DNA from: an archaeon
GTDB lineage: Archaea > Undinarchaeota > Undinarchaeia > Undinarchaeales > JBDRKL01
Reading direction: 5' to 3'
Assembly (NCBI GenBank): GCA_043814055.1
Contig: JBDRKL010000006.1
Span: 1,679-65,678, forward strand
Length of the DNA stretch: 64,000 bases
Shown one piece after another: positions 48,439 to 57,800 of this stretch. Position numbers and translations under genes: made by a program. The first letter of the stretch is position 1, and each line of letters opens with the position of its first letter. A model generated the notes under the pieces. That model saw only the letters and a list, made by a program, of their open reading frames with translations. It was not told where the DNA came from and made no database searches.

Positions 48439-48766
48439 AAAACATATTGACAAGTATCAATATATAAAGTTTTTCTAGCCCACTTCCCCTCCTCCAAACC
48501 TTTATTAATCTCTAACTAGATTACATGTATCTGCACTGTGTAACCCGGGAGCAAAGGTTTAAATACAATGAATGCGCTTTTCTCGAAACCGGTAAGCTAA
48601 GGTGCAAAAACATAAATTGGGGCTATGGTGTAAACCACGTCTAATGGTACTGTACACCACGCGAATTTTGCCAAGAATTGGACTGTAGCTCGGTTCACTT
48701 ACTGGCTTAGGGACTTAAGATTTTAGGTGAAAAACATTATAAAGAACCTTGTTTTAATTTTATCAT

Positions 48767-49261
48767 ATGAAAATACTTGTTTTCTTACACGGAACATCGA
48801 TTATGCATAAAAATGCCGAAGGACATAATCCAGAAGAGATAGCCAAACAAGTAATAGAGGGCGAGGAATCGGTTACAGATTATAGCTCATACATCCCGGT
48901 TGGAAACGCTGTTGAAAAACTTAAAACTTGGGAAACTCAAGGGGCAAAAATTTTGTATTTTAGTTCTCATAAAAAGTTCGAAGATGTTGAACAAGATAAA
49001 GCTGTTCTAAAAAGGCAGGGGTTCCCCAAAGGTTTGGTATATTATCGTAAAAATGATGAAGAATATCATACTGTTGTGGAGCGAATAAAACCAGATATAC
49101 TAGTAGAGGATGATGCCAAGTCCATTGGTGGGGATATGATTTCACCAACATTAAATCCAAAACTTGGAATAAAAATAATTGTTGTTAAAGAATTTGCTGG
49201 GATCGACAACCTTCCTGACGAGATTTCTGTTTTATCAAAAAATCATTCCCAAGCGACTTAG
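48767..49261 (+). CDS. HAD-like hypothetical protein
   Basis: KILVFLHGT…ILYFSS…ILVEDD degenerate HAD layout; AT-rich; own TATA (TTATAAA) upstream. Confidence 0.65.
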   Translation: MKILVFLHGTSIMHKNAEGHNPEEIAKQVIEGEESVTDYSSYIPVGNAVEKLKTWETQGAKILYFSSHKKFEDVEQDKAVLKRQGFPKGLVYYRKNDEEYHTVVERIKPDILVEDDAKSIGGDMISPTLNPKLGIKIIVVKEFAGIDNLPDEISVLSKNHSQAT

Positions 49262-49307
49262 GGGCAGTCCTACAGCTGACGCGCGGACTTTTCTTTCTCT
49301 CGTTTAC

Positions 49308-49350
49308 AAACCTTTATTAATCTCGAATTAGATTACTCTCTGCTAACATC
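49308..49350 (+). promoter_or_regulatory. tRNA-Trp promoter (BRE/TATA)
   Basis: AAACC-TTTATTAA roughly 30-40 nt upstream of the tRNA; the block is repeated four more times upstream. Confidence 0.8.
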
Positions 49351-49619
49351 GGGGCTATGGTGTAACCTGGGAGCATAAGTGGCTCCAGTCAGCCGAGAAA
49401 TCGGCTGGCGCTTTGTGCTGCATTCGGCTTCGCCGAAACAGCACGGCTCGCACGAACCCGCAACAGCGGGTTGTGCAACACGCTTCGCGTGTTTGCACGC
49501 TCGCGCGTGCTCGCTTGGGCGCCAAGATTGGAGCTTTGACCCTTCGGGGGATGATAAAGTACAAAGCTCACAGTGGTAGAAACCACTAGGCCAGGGTTCA
49601 AATCCCTGTGGCCCCACCA
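49351..49619 (+). tRNA. tRNA-Trp(CCA) with a 193-nt intron at 37/38 (49389-49581); 3' CCA encoded
   Basis: Acceptor GGGGCTA/TGGCCCC; anticodon arm AGTGG-CT-CCA-G|A-CCACT; T arm CAGGG-TTCAAAT-CCCTG; ACCA end. Confidence 0.95.
49528..49555 (+). ncRNA. Intronic box C'/D' guide for Cm34 of tRNA-Trp
   Basis: TGGAGC is complementary to GCUCCA; D' TTGA at 49536-49539 places the +5 nt opposite C34; CCC-TTCG-GGG; C' GGGATGA. Confidence 0.7.
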
Positions 49620-49642
49620 CAACCTTTTTTAAAAAAAGGTTG
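49620..49642 (+). terminator. Palindromic oligo-T terminator after tRNA-Trp
   Basis: CAACCTTTTTT-A-AAAAAAGGTTG. Confidence 0.65.
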
Positions 49643-49697
49643 ATCAAAAATCAGGGGCGTTCACTCACTTCGTTCATGAAGCCCCACTCTTATTCAT

Positions 49698-52358
49698 ATG
49701 GATCATAAAAAAATCGAAGCCAAATGGCAGAAAGCCTGGGCTGAGAAAAAGGCCTTCCAAGTAAAAGAAGACCCCAAAAAAGAAAAATTCTATGTTCTTG
49801 AGATGTTTTCCTATCCCAGCGGCAAGGCGCACATGGGTCACGTTCGCAATTACTCAATCGGCGACGCATACGCCCGCTACAAGCGAATGAGCGGCTTCAA
49901 CGTGCTTTACCCAATGGGGTTTGACGCTTTCGGCCTCCCTGCAGAAAACGCAGCCATCCAGAACAAGACGCATCCCAAAACCTGGACCGAGCAGAGTATG
50001 GCGGACATGACCAAGCAGTTCAAAGCGCTTGGATTAAGCTATGACTGGGACCGCTCAGTTGTAACTTGCTACCCTGAATACTACAAGTGGAACCAACTCA
50101 TTTTCCTCAAAATGCTTGAGCGCGGTCTCGCATACCGCAAAGCTTCGCCTATAAATTGGTGCCCGAAGTGCAACACGGTCCTGGCAAATGAGCAAGTTGA
50201 AAATGGCAAGTGCTGGCGCTGCAAGGCAGCAGTTGAGCTGAAAAATCTTGAGCAGTGGCTGCTCAAAATCACAGATTACGCTGACGAACTTTTGGAATCA
50301 ATCGACGGGCTTGAATGGCCTGAGCAGGTTAAGACAATGCAGAGGAACTGGATTGGCAAAAGTTCAGGAACTGTGTTCAAGTTCAAAGTGAAGGACGTTG
50401 ACTTAACGCTTGAGACCTACACAACCAGACCGGACACAATGTTCGGCATAACTTTCCTTGTCCTCCCGCCGGAAAGTCCGCATATTGAAACGCTTGTGAA
50501 GGACACAAAGCACGAGGAAGAAGTGATGGAGTTCGTGAAGAAAGCTGTGAAAGTCTCTGCAATGGACCGCACAGACGAGACAAAACCAAAGAACGGCGTG
50601 TACACAGGAAGGAATTTCATAGACCCAATTTCAAAAGAAGAATATCCGATTTACGTTACTGACTATGTCATAGCTGACTATGGAACCGGAGTTGTAATTG
50701 GAGTTCCGGCGCACGACCAGCGTGATTTTGAATTTGCAAAGAAGTATGACATCCCAATTAAAGTGGTTATAACGCCTGAAAACCACGTGCTAGAAGCTGA
50801 TAAAATGACTCGGGCATTCATTGAAGAGGGCGTTTTGGTCAACTCAGGCGAGTTCGACGGCTGGAACAACCGCGAGGCAATGGATGCAATTTCAGAATGG
50901 GCCACAAAGCAGGGCTTTGCATACAAGTCAACGCAGTACAAACTCCGCGACTGGCTCATTTCAAGGCAGAGATACTGGGGAACCCCAATTCCAATCATAT
51001 ACTGCGACAAGTGCGGCGCAGTTCCTGTGCCTGAAAAGGATTTGCCAGTGAAGCTTCCTGAGGATGTTAAATTCACAGGCAAAGGAAATCCAATGCTCAC
51101 TTCAGACGCATTCGTGAACACAACCTGTCCAAAATGCAAAGGCAAGGCAAAGCGCGAAACCGATACTATGGACACGTTCATTGACAGCACGTGGTATTTC
51201 TACCGCTACTGCAGTCCTAAATTTGACAAAGGACCTTTTGACCCCAAGGCAGTTGAATACTGGCTCCCTGTTGACCAATACATCGGCGGAATTGAGCACG
51301 CAGTGATGCATTTGCTCTACGCGCGCTTCTGGACCAAAGCTTTGCGCGATTTGGGCTTCTGCAAAATTGACGAGCCTTTCAAGCGCCTGCTGTGCCAGGG
51401 AATGGTAATAAAAGACGGGGCAAAGATGAGCAAGAGCTTTGGTAACACAGTTGACCCGAATGAAATAATTGAGAAATACGGCGCGGACACTGCGCGCTGT
51501 TTTATCCTCTTCGCCGCTCTGCCTGAGAAGGAATTAGACTGGAGCGACCAGGGAGTTTTTGCAGTGCACAAATTCCTTTCCAAAGTCCACACGCTCTTTG
51601 AAACCGCAGAGTTCAAGAGCGGCAAAATCAACGTGAAGAAACTGCGCAGCAAGGACTTGTATGTGCTCTCCAGGGTGCATTCAACTGTGAAAAAGGTCAC
51701 AGAATGCATGGAATCCTTCCAAATGAACATAGCGCTTACAAGCGTGCTCAGTTTGGTCAATGACATCACTAAGTACAGCAAAGATTCGAATAAAGAAGTG
51801 ATGTACGAAGCACTCACAAACACCGCGCTGATGCTTTCCCCATTCGCGCCGCACCTTGCAGAAGAAATGTGGGCAAAGCTTGGTGAAAAAGATTTAGTTT
51901 CACTTGCAAAGTGGCCAAAGCCGAACAAGGATTACTTGGATGAGGTGATGGAGCTCGGCGAGCGCGTTGTGCAGGACACGTTCTCAGATGTGCGTGAAGT
52001 AATTAAGCTTATTGAGAAAGACCCTGCGATAATCACATTATTCATCGCACCGGAGTGGAAGTATGAAGTTTACAAAGGCGTTAAAGCTGGGAAAGAAATC
52101 AAGGACTTTATGGCTGATGCAAAGCTTAAGCCGTTCGGGAAAGAAATCGTTGGATATGTGCAGAAGCTTTTGAAAAAGAAGCACGAGCTCGCTGAGAAAA
52201 CGCTAAGCAGGGCGCAAGAACTGCAGTTCTTTGAAGAGTCAAAAGCCCAGCTTGAGGAAGAATTGAAATGCACAGTTCAAGTTGTGAAGGCTGAGGATTC
52301 AGATGAGCCAAAAGCAAAGAGCGCAGATGTAATGAAACCAGGAGTGTTTGTTGAGTGA
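49698..52358 (+). CDS. leuS: Leucyl-tRNA synthetase (bacterial-type core)
   Basis: MFSYPSG-HMGH, GFDAFGLPAENAAI, TTRPDT editing motif, VPAHDQRD, DWLISRQRYWG, KMSKS. Confidence 0.97.
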   Translation: MDHKKIEAKWQKAWAEKKAFQVKEDPKKEKFYVLEMFSYPSGKAHMGHVRNYSIGDAYARYKRMSGFNVLYPMGFDAFGLPAENAAIQNKTHPKTWTEQSMADMTKQFKALGLSYDWDRSVVTCYPEYYKWNQLIFLKMLERGLAYRKASPINWCPKCNTVLANEQVENGKCWRCKAAVELKNLEQWLLKITDYADELLESIDGLEWPEQVKTMQRNWIGKSSGTVFKFKVKDVDLTLETYTTRPDTMFGITFLVLPPESPHIETLVKDTKHEEEVMEFVKKAVKVSAMDRTDETKPKNGVYTGRNFIDPISKEEYPIYVTDYVIADYGTGVVIGVPAHDQRDFEFAKKYDIPIKVVITPENHVLEADKMTRAFIEEGVLVNSGEFDGWNNREAMDAISEWATKQGFAYKSTQYKLRDWLISRQRYWGTPIPIIYCDKCGAVPVPEKDLPVKLPEDVKFTGKGNPMLTSDAFVNTTCPKCKGKAKRETDTMDTFIDSTWYFYRYCSPKFDKGPFDPKAVEYWLPVDQYIGGIEHAVMHLLYARFWTKALRDLGFCKIDEPFKRLLCQGMVIKDGAKMSKSFGNTVDPNEIIEKYGADTARCFILFAALPEKELDWSDQGVFAVHKFLSKVHTLFETAEFKSGKINVKKLRSKDLYVLSRVHSTVKKVTECMESFQMNIALTSVLSLVNDITKYSKDSNKEVMYEALTNTALMLSPFAPHLAEEMWAKLGEKDLVSLAKWPKPNKDYLDEVMELGERVVQDTFSDVREVIKLIEKDPAIITLFIAPEWKYEVYKGVKAGKEIKDFMADAKLKPFGKEIVGYVQKLLKKKHELAEKTLSRAQELQFFEESKAQLEEELKCTVQVVKAEDSDEPKAKSADVMKPGVFVE

Positions 52359-52359
52359 T

Positions 52360-53955
52360 TCAGTACATCGATCCAATATTATCATAGAATCCACCCATCA
52401 AATACAAGAACACAAGCACTGCAATTATCACCGCAATTCCGCAAATCGCCAATGTCTTCTCCAACGGCTGCTTGTTCTTGTACTGCTCCCACACGAAGTA
52501 TCCTGCTGCGCCGATTGCAGTTGCGATTAGAATTCCAATTGTCAGCCCGCTGCTGTTTGTGGTCTCAGTTATTATGTAAAACAGGAAGAATGATAGTATT
52601 GTCGCCACAAAGCTAAGCACAACTCTCCACGCGTTTTTCGTGCTGAAAATTAATGCTCCAATGCCAATGTAGAATAGTGTAAATAAAGCCAGTGGAAATC
52701 CGTTATATCCTCCAAGCGCGTAGATTCCAAAGTTCAGCACTCCGGCGCCGGCAACAACCCACTTAATCCACTCTTTCTTGAACTGCTTAACCTTCACTTT
52801 TGAATTAAGTATAAACCAAAGCCCTGCGAGCATTCCAACAATTATGAGTGAAGGCACAATGTATTGAACATAATCTCCTAGGGTCTTTGCGTTAGGCGCC
52901 ATTGAGCTCTTATAACTTGTTTTCACGAACACAGAGTCTTCATCTAAATCCGCTAAGTCTCCGTCATATGTGAGCCATGTAGCATACTTTTGAGTGCTCA
53001 AATCATACTTATCTCTGTGCTGCCAGTTGTCAATCTTGGTCATCTTCTCAATTTCCATCACGCCGCTTTCGTCCTTCACAGCGTCCTTTGAGAAAACGTA
53101 AACATTCACATTGCTGTCGCCCTCGTTGATGCTTGACATTTTCATCGGGTAGAACGCATCCTCGGGCTGGAATGTAATCTCAAGCGGGGTTGCAGTGCCT
53201 TTCTGGAGTTTGAGTATTGCAGTTACAACTTCAACATCCGCGCCTTTGCAGTCATCCTTTGTTTTCATCTCTGTCTTTATCAGGTCTATCTCATAATTGC
53301 TGCTGTCCCCGTCATAATACGCATAATTCTGGTTAAAATCAACATACCTCAGCGCTCTTGCGCACTTGTCATCCCTGCCTTCCACATACTGCCCGTAATA
53401 CTTGTTCTCCATGTCAATCCGGTTCGCCACGAAGTACACGTTTCCCATATCTACATAGTGCTCAAACACCGGAAGCGCGCTCTGCGGGACATTGTAATTG
53501 TAAGCGTTTAGCCAGTCAACTAGATCTTGTGCATCAGTTGCCTTGAGCATTTGAATATCATAAACTCCGATTTCCTGGACTTCAACAAGGGTTACGCCAC
53601 TCATAGATGATGCACCTATCATGTCTGTTTCAAGAATTCCTCTATTATATTTCGGATACTCCCTAAACAGCTCAGAAACCTCGTAGAAAATCTGCAAGTC
53701 GCCTTCTTCCACTATCGGCTTTGTGCTTGAGGGAATCGGGATAATCCACGCCATATCAAGCAATTCATCAGTCTGAACCTTTGTGGAAACAATCAAGCGT
53801 TCCTCTGCGCCGTCCCAGAATATGACTGCTTTCTGCTCGGGCAGGTACACGTGAGTGTCGTGGTTCGGCGGGTTCCAAATCATGCCTCCGTCTGCAAAAG
53901 CAGCCGGAGCCAGCAGTAAAAGTGTCAAAACTATTGGAATAAATGATTTGTTCAT
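52360..53955 (-). CDS. DUF2330-like secreted domain with a multi-TM C-terminus
   Basis: Signal peptide, ADGG, EQKAVIFWDG…AWIIPIPS, LVDWLNAYNY, YPMKMSS; about 6 C-terminal TM helices. Confidence 0.75.
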   Translation of the reverse strand: MNKSFIPIVLTLLLLAPAAFADGGMIWNPPNHDTHVYLPEQKAVIFWDGAEERLIVSTKVQTDELLDMAWIIPIPSSTKPIVEEGDLQIFYEVSELFREYPKYNRGILETDMIGASSMSGVTLVEVQEIGVYDIQMLKATDAQDLVDWLNAYNYNVPQSALPVFEHYVDMGNVYFVANRIDMENKYYGQYVEGRDDKCARALRYVDFNQNYAYYDGDSSNYEIDLIKTEMKTKDDCKGADVEVVTAILKLQKGTATPLEITFQPEDAFYPMKMSSINEGDSNVNVYVFSKDAVKDESGVMEIEKMTKIDNWQHRDKYDLSTQKYATWLTYDGDLADLDEDSVFVKTSYKSSMAPNAKTLGDYVQYIVPSLIIVGMLAGLWFILNSKVKVKQFKKEWIKWVVAGAGVLNFGIYALGGYNGFPLALFTLFYIGIGALIFSTKNAWRVVLSFVATILSFFLFYIITETTNSSGLTIGILIATAIGAAGYFVWEQYKNKQPLEKTLAICGIAVIIAVLVFLYLMGGFYDNIGSMY

Positions 53956-53957
53956 TA

Positions 53958-54800
53958 TTATTCAACGCCTTGGATGAGGCGTTCAAGTTCCATTGCATTC
54001 CACAGGTGCACGATTGCTATGATTTTTGGAGTCCTTCCGAGCTTGAGCGTGAGCTTCCGGTATTCCTGAAGTATCTTGCGCGCCATGTGCCGCTCTCTGT
54101 AATAGTCAACTCTGCGGATGATGTACGCTATTTTCAATTCGTCCTTGAGCCCCTTGCTGAGTGGCATTTTCTCAAAAATTGGGATCATGAACCTGTTCAC
54201 GAACCTGTCCCAGCGCGTTCCCATCTTGCAGACTCTGCACGTGCTCACGTTGTGCTTGTATGGGTTCGTGGTGTGTATCGCGTGGTGGTGCATTATGCGC
54301 TCTATGAAATAGTACGGGTAGTGGAATATATCAGAGAGTTTCCAGAGTATGTCCGGCAGCTCCTTGCTTATTATCACGTGCCTGGTTTTATTGATGTGCT
54401 CTGCCCTGAACTCTTTTTCAATATACCTCTCAACCTCTTCAAGCGGCATATCCATTGCAATCAGTTCAGCCCCAACATCCTTCGCAGCTTTCATCACGTG
54501 GATTTCCCTGCCTTCTGTCTCAATCACTTCAAGCTCCTCGTGCTCTATCTCGCCCTCAAGGAACTTGTCAACAAGATTGTGGTCTACCCTGCGCTCCTCC
54601 TTCTGTATTGCCTTGAACAATCTCTTCTTGAGGTCTGGTATTCCAATCTTCCCTGAGCTGTAATCAGTGAGTATTCTTTGGAATAGGTCGTCCGGCAGCT
54701 CCAAAAAGACCGCGTCCGGCTTTTCCTTCCTGATTTGATGCGCCTCAAACACCGCATGCGCAGTGTCATAAACGCCCTCTGCTATGATTCTTATGCTCAT
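53958..54800 (-). CDS. TraB/PrgY-like hypothetical protein
   Basis: KPDAVFLEL, LIAMD, RERHMARKI, IIAIVHLWN layout. Confidence 0.55.
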   Translation of the reverse strand: MSIRIIAEGVYDTAHAVFEAHQIRKEKPDAVFLELPDDLFQRILTDYSSGKIGIPDLKKRLFKAIQKEERRVDHNLVDKFLEGEIEHEELEVIETEGREIHVMKAAKDVGAELIAMDMPLEEVERYIEKEFRAEHINKTRHVIISKELPDILWKLSDIFHYPYYFIERIMHHHAIHTTNPYKHNVSTCRVCKMGTRWDRFVNRFMIPIFEKMPLSKGLKDELKIAYIIRRVDYYRERHMARKILQEYRKLTLKLGRTPKIIAIVHLWNAMELERLIQGVE

Positions 54801-57800
54801 TGATACCTCCTGTGGTAATAGCTCCTGTACTGCTGCCTCACTTTATTCGCGTAATCTGGATGCTGCTTGTAGTAGTCTGCCCACTGTTTCTTAATCTGCT
54901 CTTCCTTGTTCAGAACCTTGCTTGCTCTTGGTCCAGTCGCAGGCGGTCTGCCTGTTCCAGCTCTTGGTCGTGTTGACATTGAGCTCGGCGGTATGTGAGT
55001 TGGAGTAAACCTCGGCTTTGGCGACAGTTTTTCAGGCTGTTCAACAAGCATCTCCAGCCCTATCTTCTTGAAGCCGTCCACAAGCCACGGCACCTTGTAA
55101 GCTGGGAGCCATCCCTCCCTCAGTGCGAGCACGAGCACTCCAAATACTAAAACGCTTATGATTACTATTGCAAGAGGGAGCATTGCGCTGCCACTCTTCT
55201 TTGTACTATCCTTTATCAGGGATTCTATGCCCTCTATTATGTCATCTGCATCAGTCAAGTATGAATTTGCAGTGCTTATCCAATCCTCGCCGCCAGAAGT
55301 GTCTCCTGCTGCGAACGCAACCTCTGCCGAGAGTATGGCATCCTCTGCATCTGCAAGCAAGCTTTGAGCAGCAGTAACGTTTGATCCAACCTTCTTCGCT
55401 ATCTTGCTGCCCGGCCCTGCCTCTGCTAGGAGGTTTTCCAGCAGCCTTGTGAGCCTGTCGTGCTTGTCCCACGCATCTTTAATTAAGTCTCCTGTGTTGT
55501 CAACAACCTTGTAGCTCACCTCAACTTCAACTTCATTGAGCTCAACATCATTTAGGTAGAATGTGAACAGTATGCTGTCAGTGTATTCTCCAAGGTCATC
55601 TGGCGCAGTCAATGCAACAGTAATTGAGTCCGCTTCTTCCAGATCAAGTTCATCAGCGTCAAAGTCAAATACTGTGGCAGTTGTTGAGGCTTCAACAGCC
55701 ACCCCTTCAGTATCTCCACTGCTCATGTCAAGTGCAAATGTTTTTTCAACTATTGACCCGGCTGAGATTGAATTAAGATTCCAGGCACTCGGGGTTACAG
55801 TCCCTTCCAGTGCACCGCCTGTTATGACGTATTTCACTGGGATTGCATAGTCCGCCATGTAGTCTCCCCTGAGTAGTATGTTTCCTTCATAATCCCCTGA
55901 GGATGCTGTTGGCAGAATATCAATGTCAAGGTCAATTTCTATTAAAGAATCAGCAGGTATTTCATCATCTTCATAGTCCACTTCAAGACTGGTGCCCAGC
56001 GCAGTATCCTTGAGCGCCCTGAAGTTTGTGATGTCCTGGTCTTCGTTCGGGTTTGTTATTGTGATTGTTTCTGTGCCTGTATCGCCCCTCTCAAATGAGC
56101 CAAGGTCAATGGTGTCTGGGTCAACAGTTACTGTAATTACAGTTTTTTCACCCACCTCAAATGCGATTACAGCGTTTGCATATATTTTCGGGTCATCCTG
56201 CGAAACAGCGGTAGCATTTATTATGAATGTGCCATTCCTGGTTAGGTTAAGCTCTGCAAAGTAGTATTCTTCAGTTTCGTTATACTCCATCTCGCCGCTG
56301 GGCGGCGTATAGTTCTCCGGGAACATAATGTTAAACTCAACAGAGGGATTGCTTATGTTAACGACTTCGGCGTAAAGCTCTGCTACTTCCCCTACAAAAT
56401 ATTCATCGTCATCCGAATCAAGATAAACCCTTTCTCCAGTGTCAACGGGTTCATACCCGTATTCAAAATGAACCCCTCCTCCATATGGCGGGTACACAAC
56501 AATGGCTTCTATGGCAAAGTCGCACTCGTCGCCTTCGCAGGGCAGGTCATCCAGCAACGCGTAATATTTCTTCGGCGCGTATCTCGCGAGTCCGATGATG
56601 TCACCTGATTTTGAAAGCTTGCAGCCATCTATCTCGTAAATCTGTGCAATTATCAAACCCTCACTGTCTTCTATATCAATTGATGTCTGTACGTTCAGCA
56701 TAAGTGAAGAGCCATAGAAATTAACATCAACCGCAATCTCGCCAACATCTGTCTCTACAGGCTTGTTCTGGAAGTTGAACTCATAAGTGCCCTCTTCTTC
56801 AAACATGTCCTCGTCATACTCAAAGGCGTATGTTCCACTACTGCATTCATCCACGTAAACCAAGTCATCATCCATGCAGTCACCAACTTCTTCGGCTCCT
56901 CTCCAAACAAGGCAGGGGAAATAGGGCTGAGTCACGTTAAACGCGTACATTGGCGCGTCCACGCTTCCTATACGTGGGAGTATCTGCTGAGGTGAAGTCA
57001 GTTTCGGCATAAACGGCGTGTAAATATAAAGCTCCTGTTCCTCAGACACTTTCCAGCCGTCGTCATCCTCAATCGTGAGCGTTATCTTGTGTTTTCCAAG
57101 GCTCAAGCTGTCCTTCTTGAAGCTAGTGGCAAGCCCATTGTAAAGCTGACCATCCACGCTTGATACCCATTTGTAATATTGAATCTCGCCGTCAGAATCG
57201 GTCGCGTTTACATAGAAAGTTATGTTGACCTCCTCTTCCGATGGGTTAGGCGTTATTCGCATTTCATTGATGACCGGGTAGTTGACTTGTTTTTTTATCT
57301 CAAGCACGGTCTGGTTGGCAGGGTAGGACAAAGCTCCTAGGTTGTCTTCCGCCTGCACTTTTATTATGTGGTCCCCTACTTCAAGCAGGCCGTCTTCTAT
57401 GTACAGGTCATCTGTTGTTATAGTTTCCTTTGGCCCGTGGTAAATTACACCGTGGAGGTTTGAGGTCCATTTATACTTTGCAACGCTTCCATCATAATCA
57501 GTAGCTTTTGCCTCAAACGTTACCTCTTCACCTTGGTATGCAGAGTCTGGAGTGACTGAGAATTTCCATACTTCTGGCAGGTCAGTCAGGATTATTCCAA
57601 CTAGGTCATCGTACTCTTCCTTTGTTTCGTCTTTGGCATCGTAAACAGTGAGGGTGATTGTGTGATCGTTCGTGCTGAGGTCACCAATGTCTCCTTGCTT
57701 GGTTATGTTCATTTTAGGCCCATCATAGAGCACACCGTCAATGTCAGACTCCCACTTGAACATCAGTTCATCATCATCCGCGTCAGTCGCAGTGCAGTTG

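Larger units (their letters stand above)
40215..49368 (+). mobile_element. Tandem cassette array delimited by repeated tRNA-Trp promoter plus 5'-end copies
   Basis: Core GGGGCTATGGTGTAACC (variants) at 40215, 40937, 44609, 45484, 45551, 48538 (nt 10-25), 48619 and 49351 (the intact tRNA); promoter block aaac(c/a)tttattaa at 40893, 44526, 45441, 48496, 49308. Confidence 0.8.

Noticed and set aside
40937-48633. Split-tRNA 5' halves
   Set aside because: Fragments are only 11-18 nt and end in the D-arm. No complementary leader or BHB partner is seen, and an intact tRNA-Trp is present.
40215-49368. CRISPR array interpretation of the GGGGCTATGGTGTAACC repeats
   Set aside because: Spacing is irregular (67 bp to 3.7 kb), the intervals contain genes, the repeat equals the tRNA 5' end, and there are no cas genes.
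49333-49647. Short ORFs over the tRNA-Trp locus
   Set aside because: They overlap a well-formed tRNA and its GC-rich intron, and show no protein motifs.
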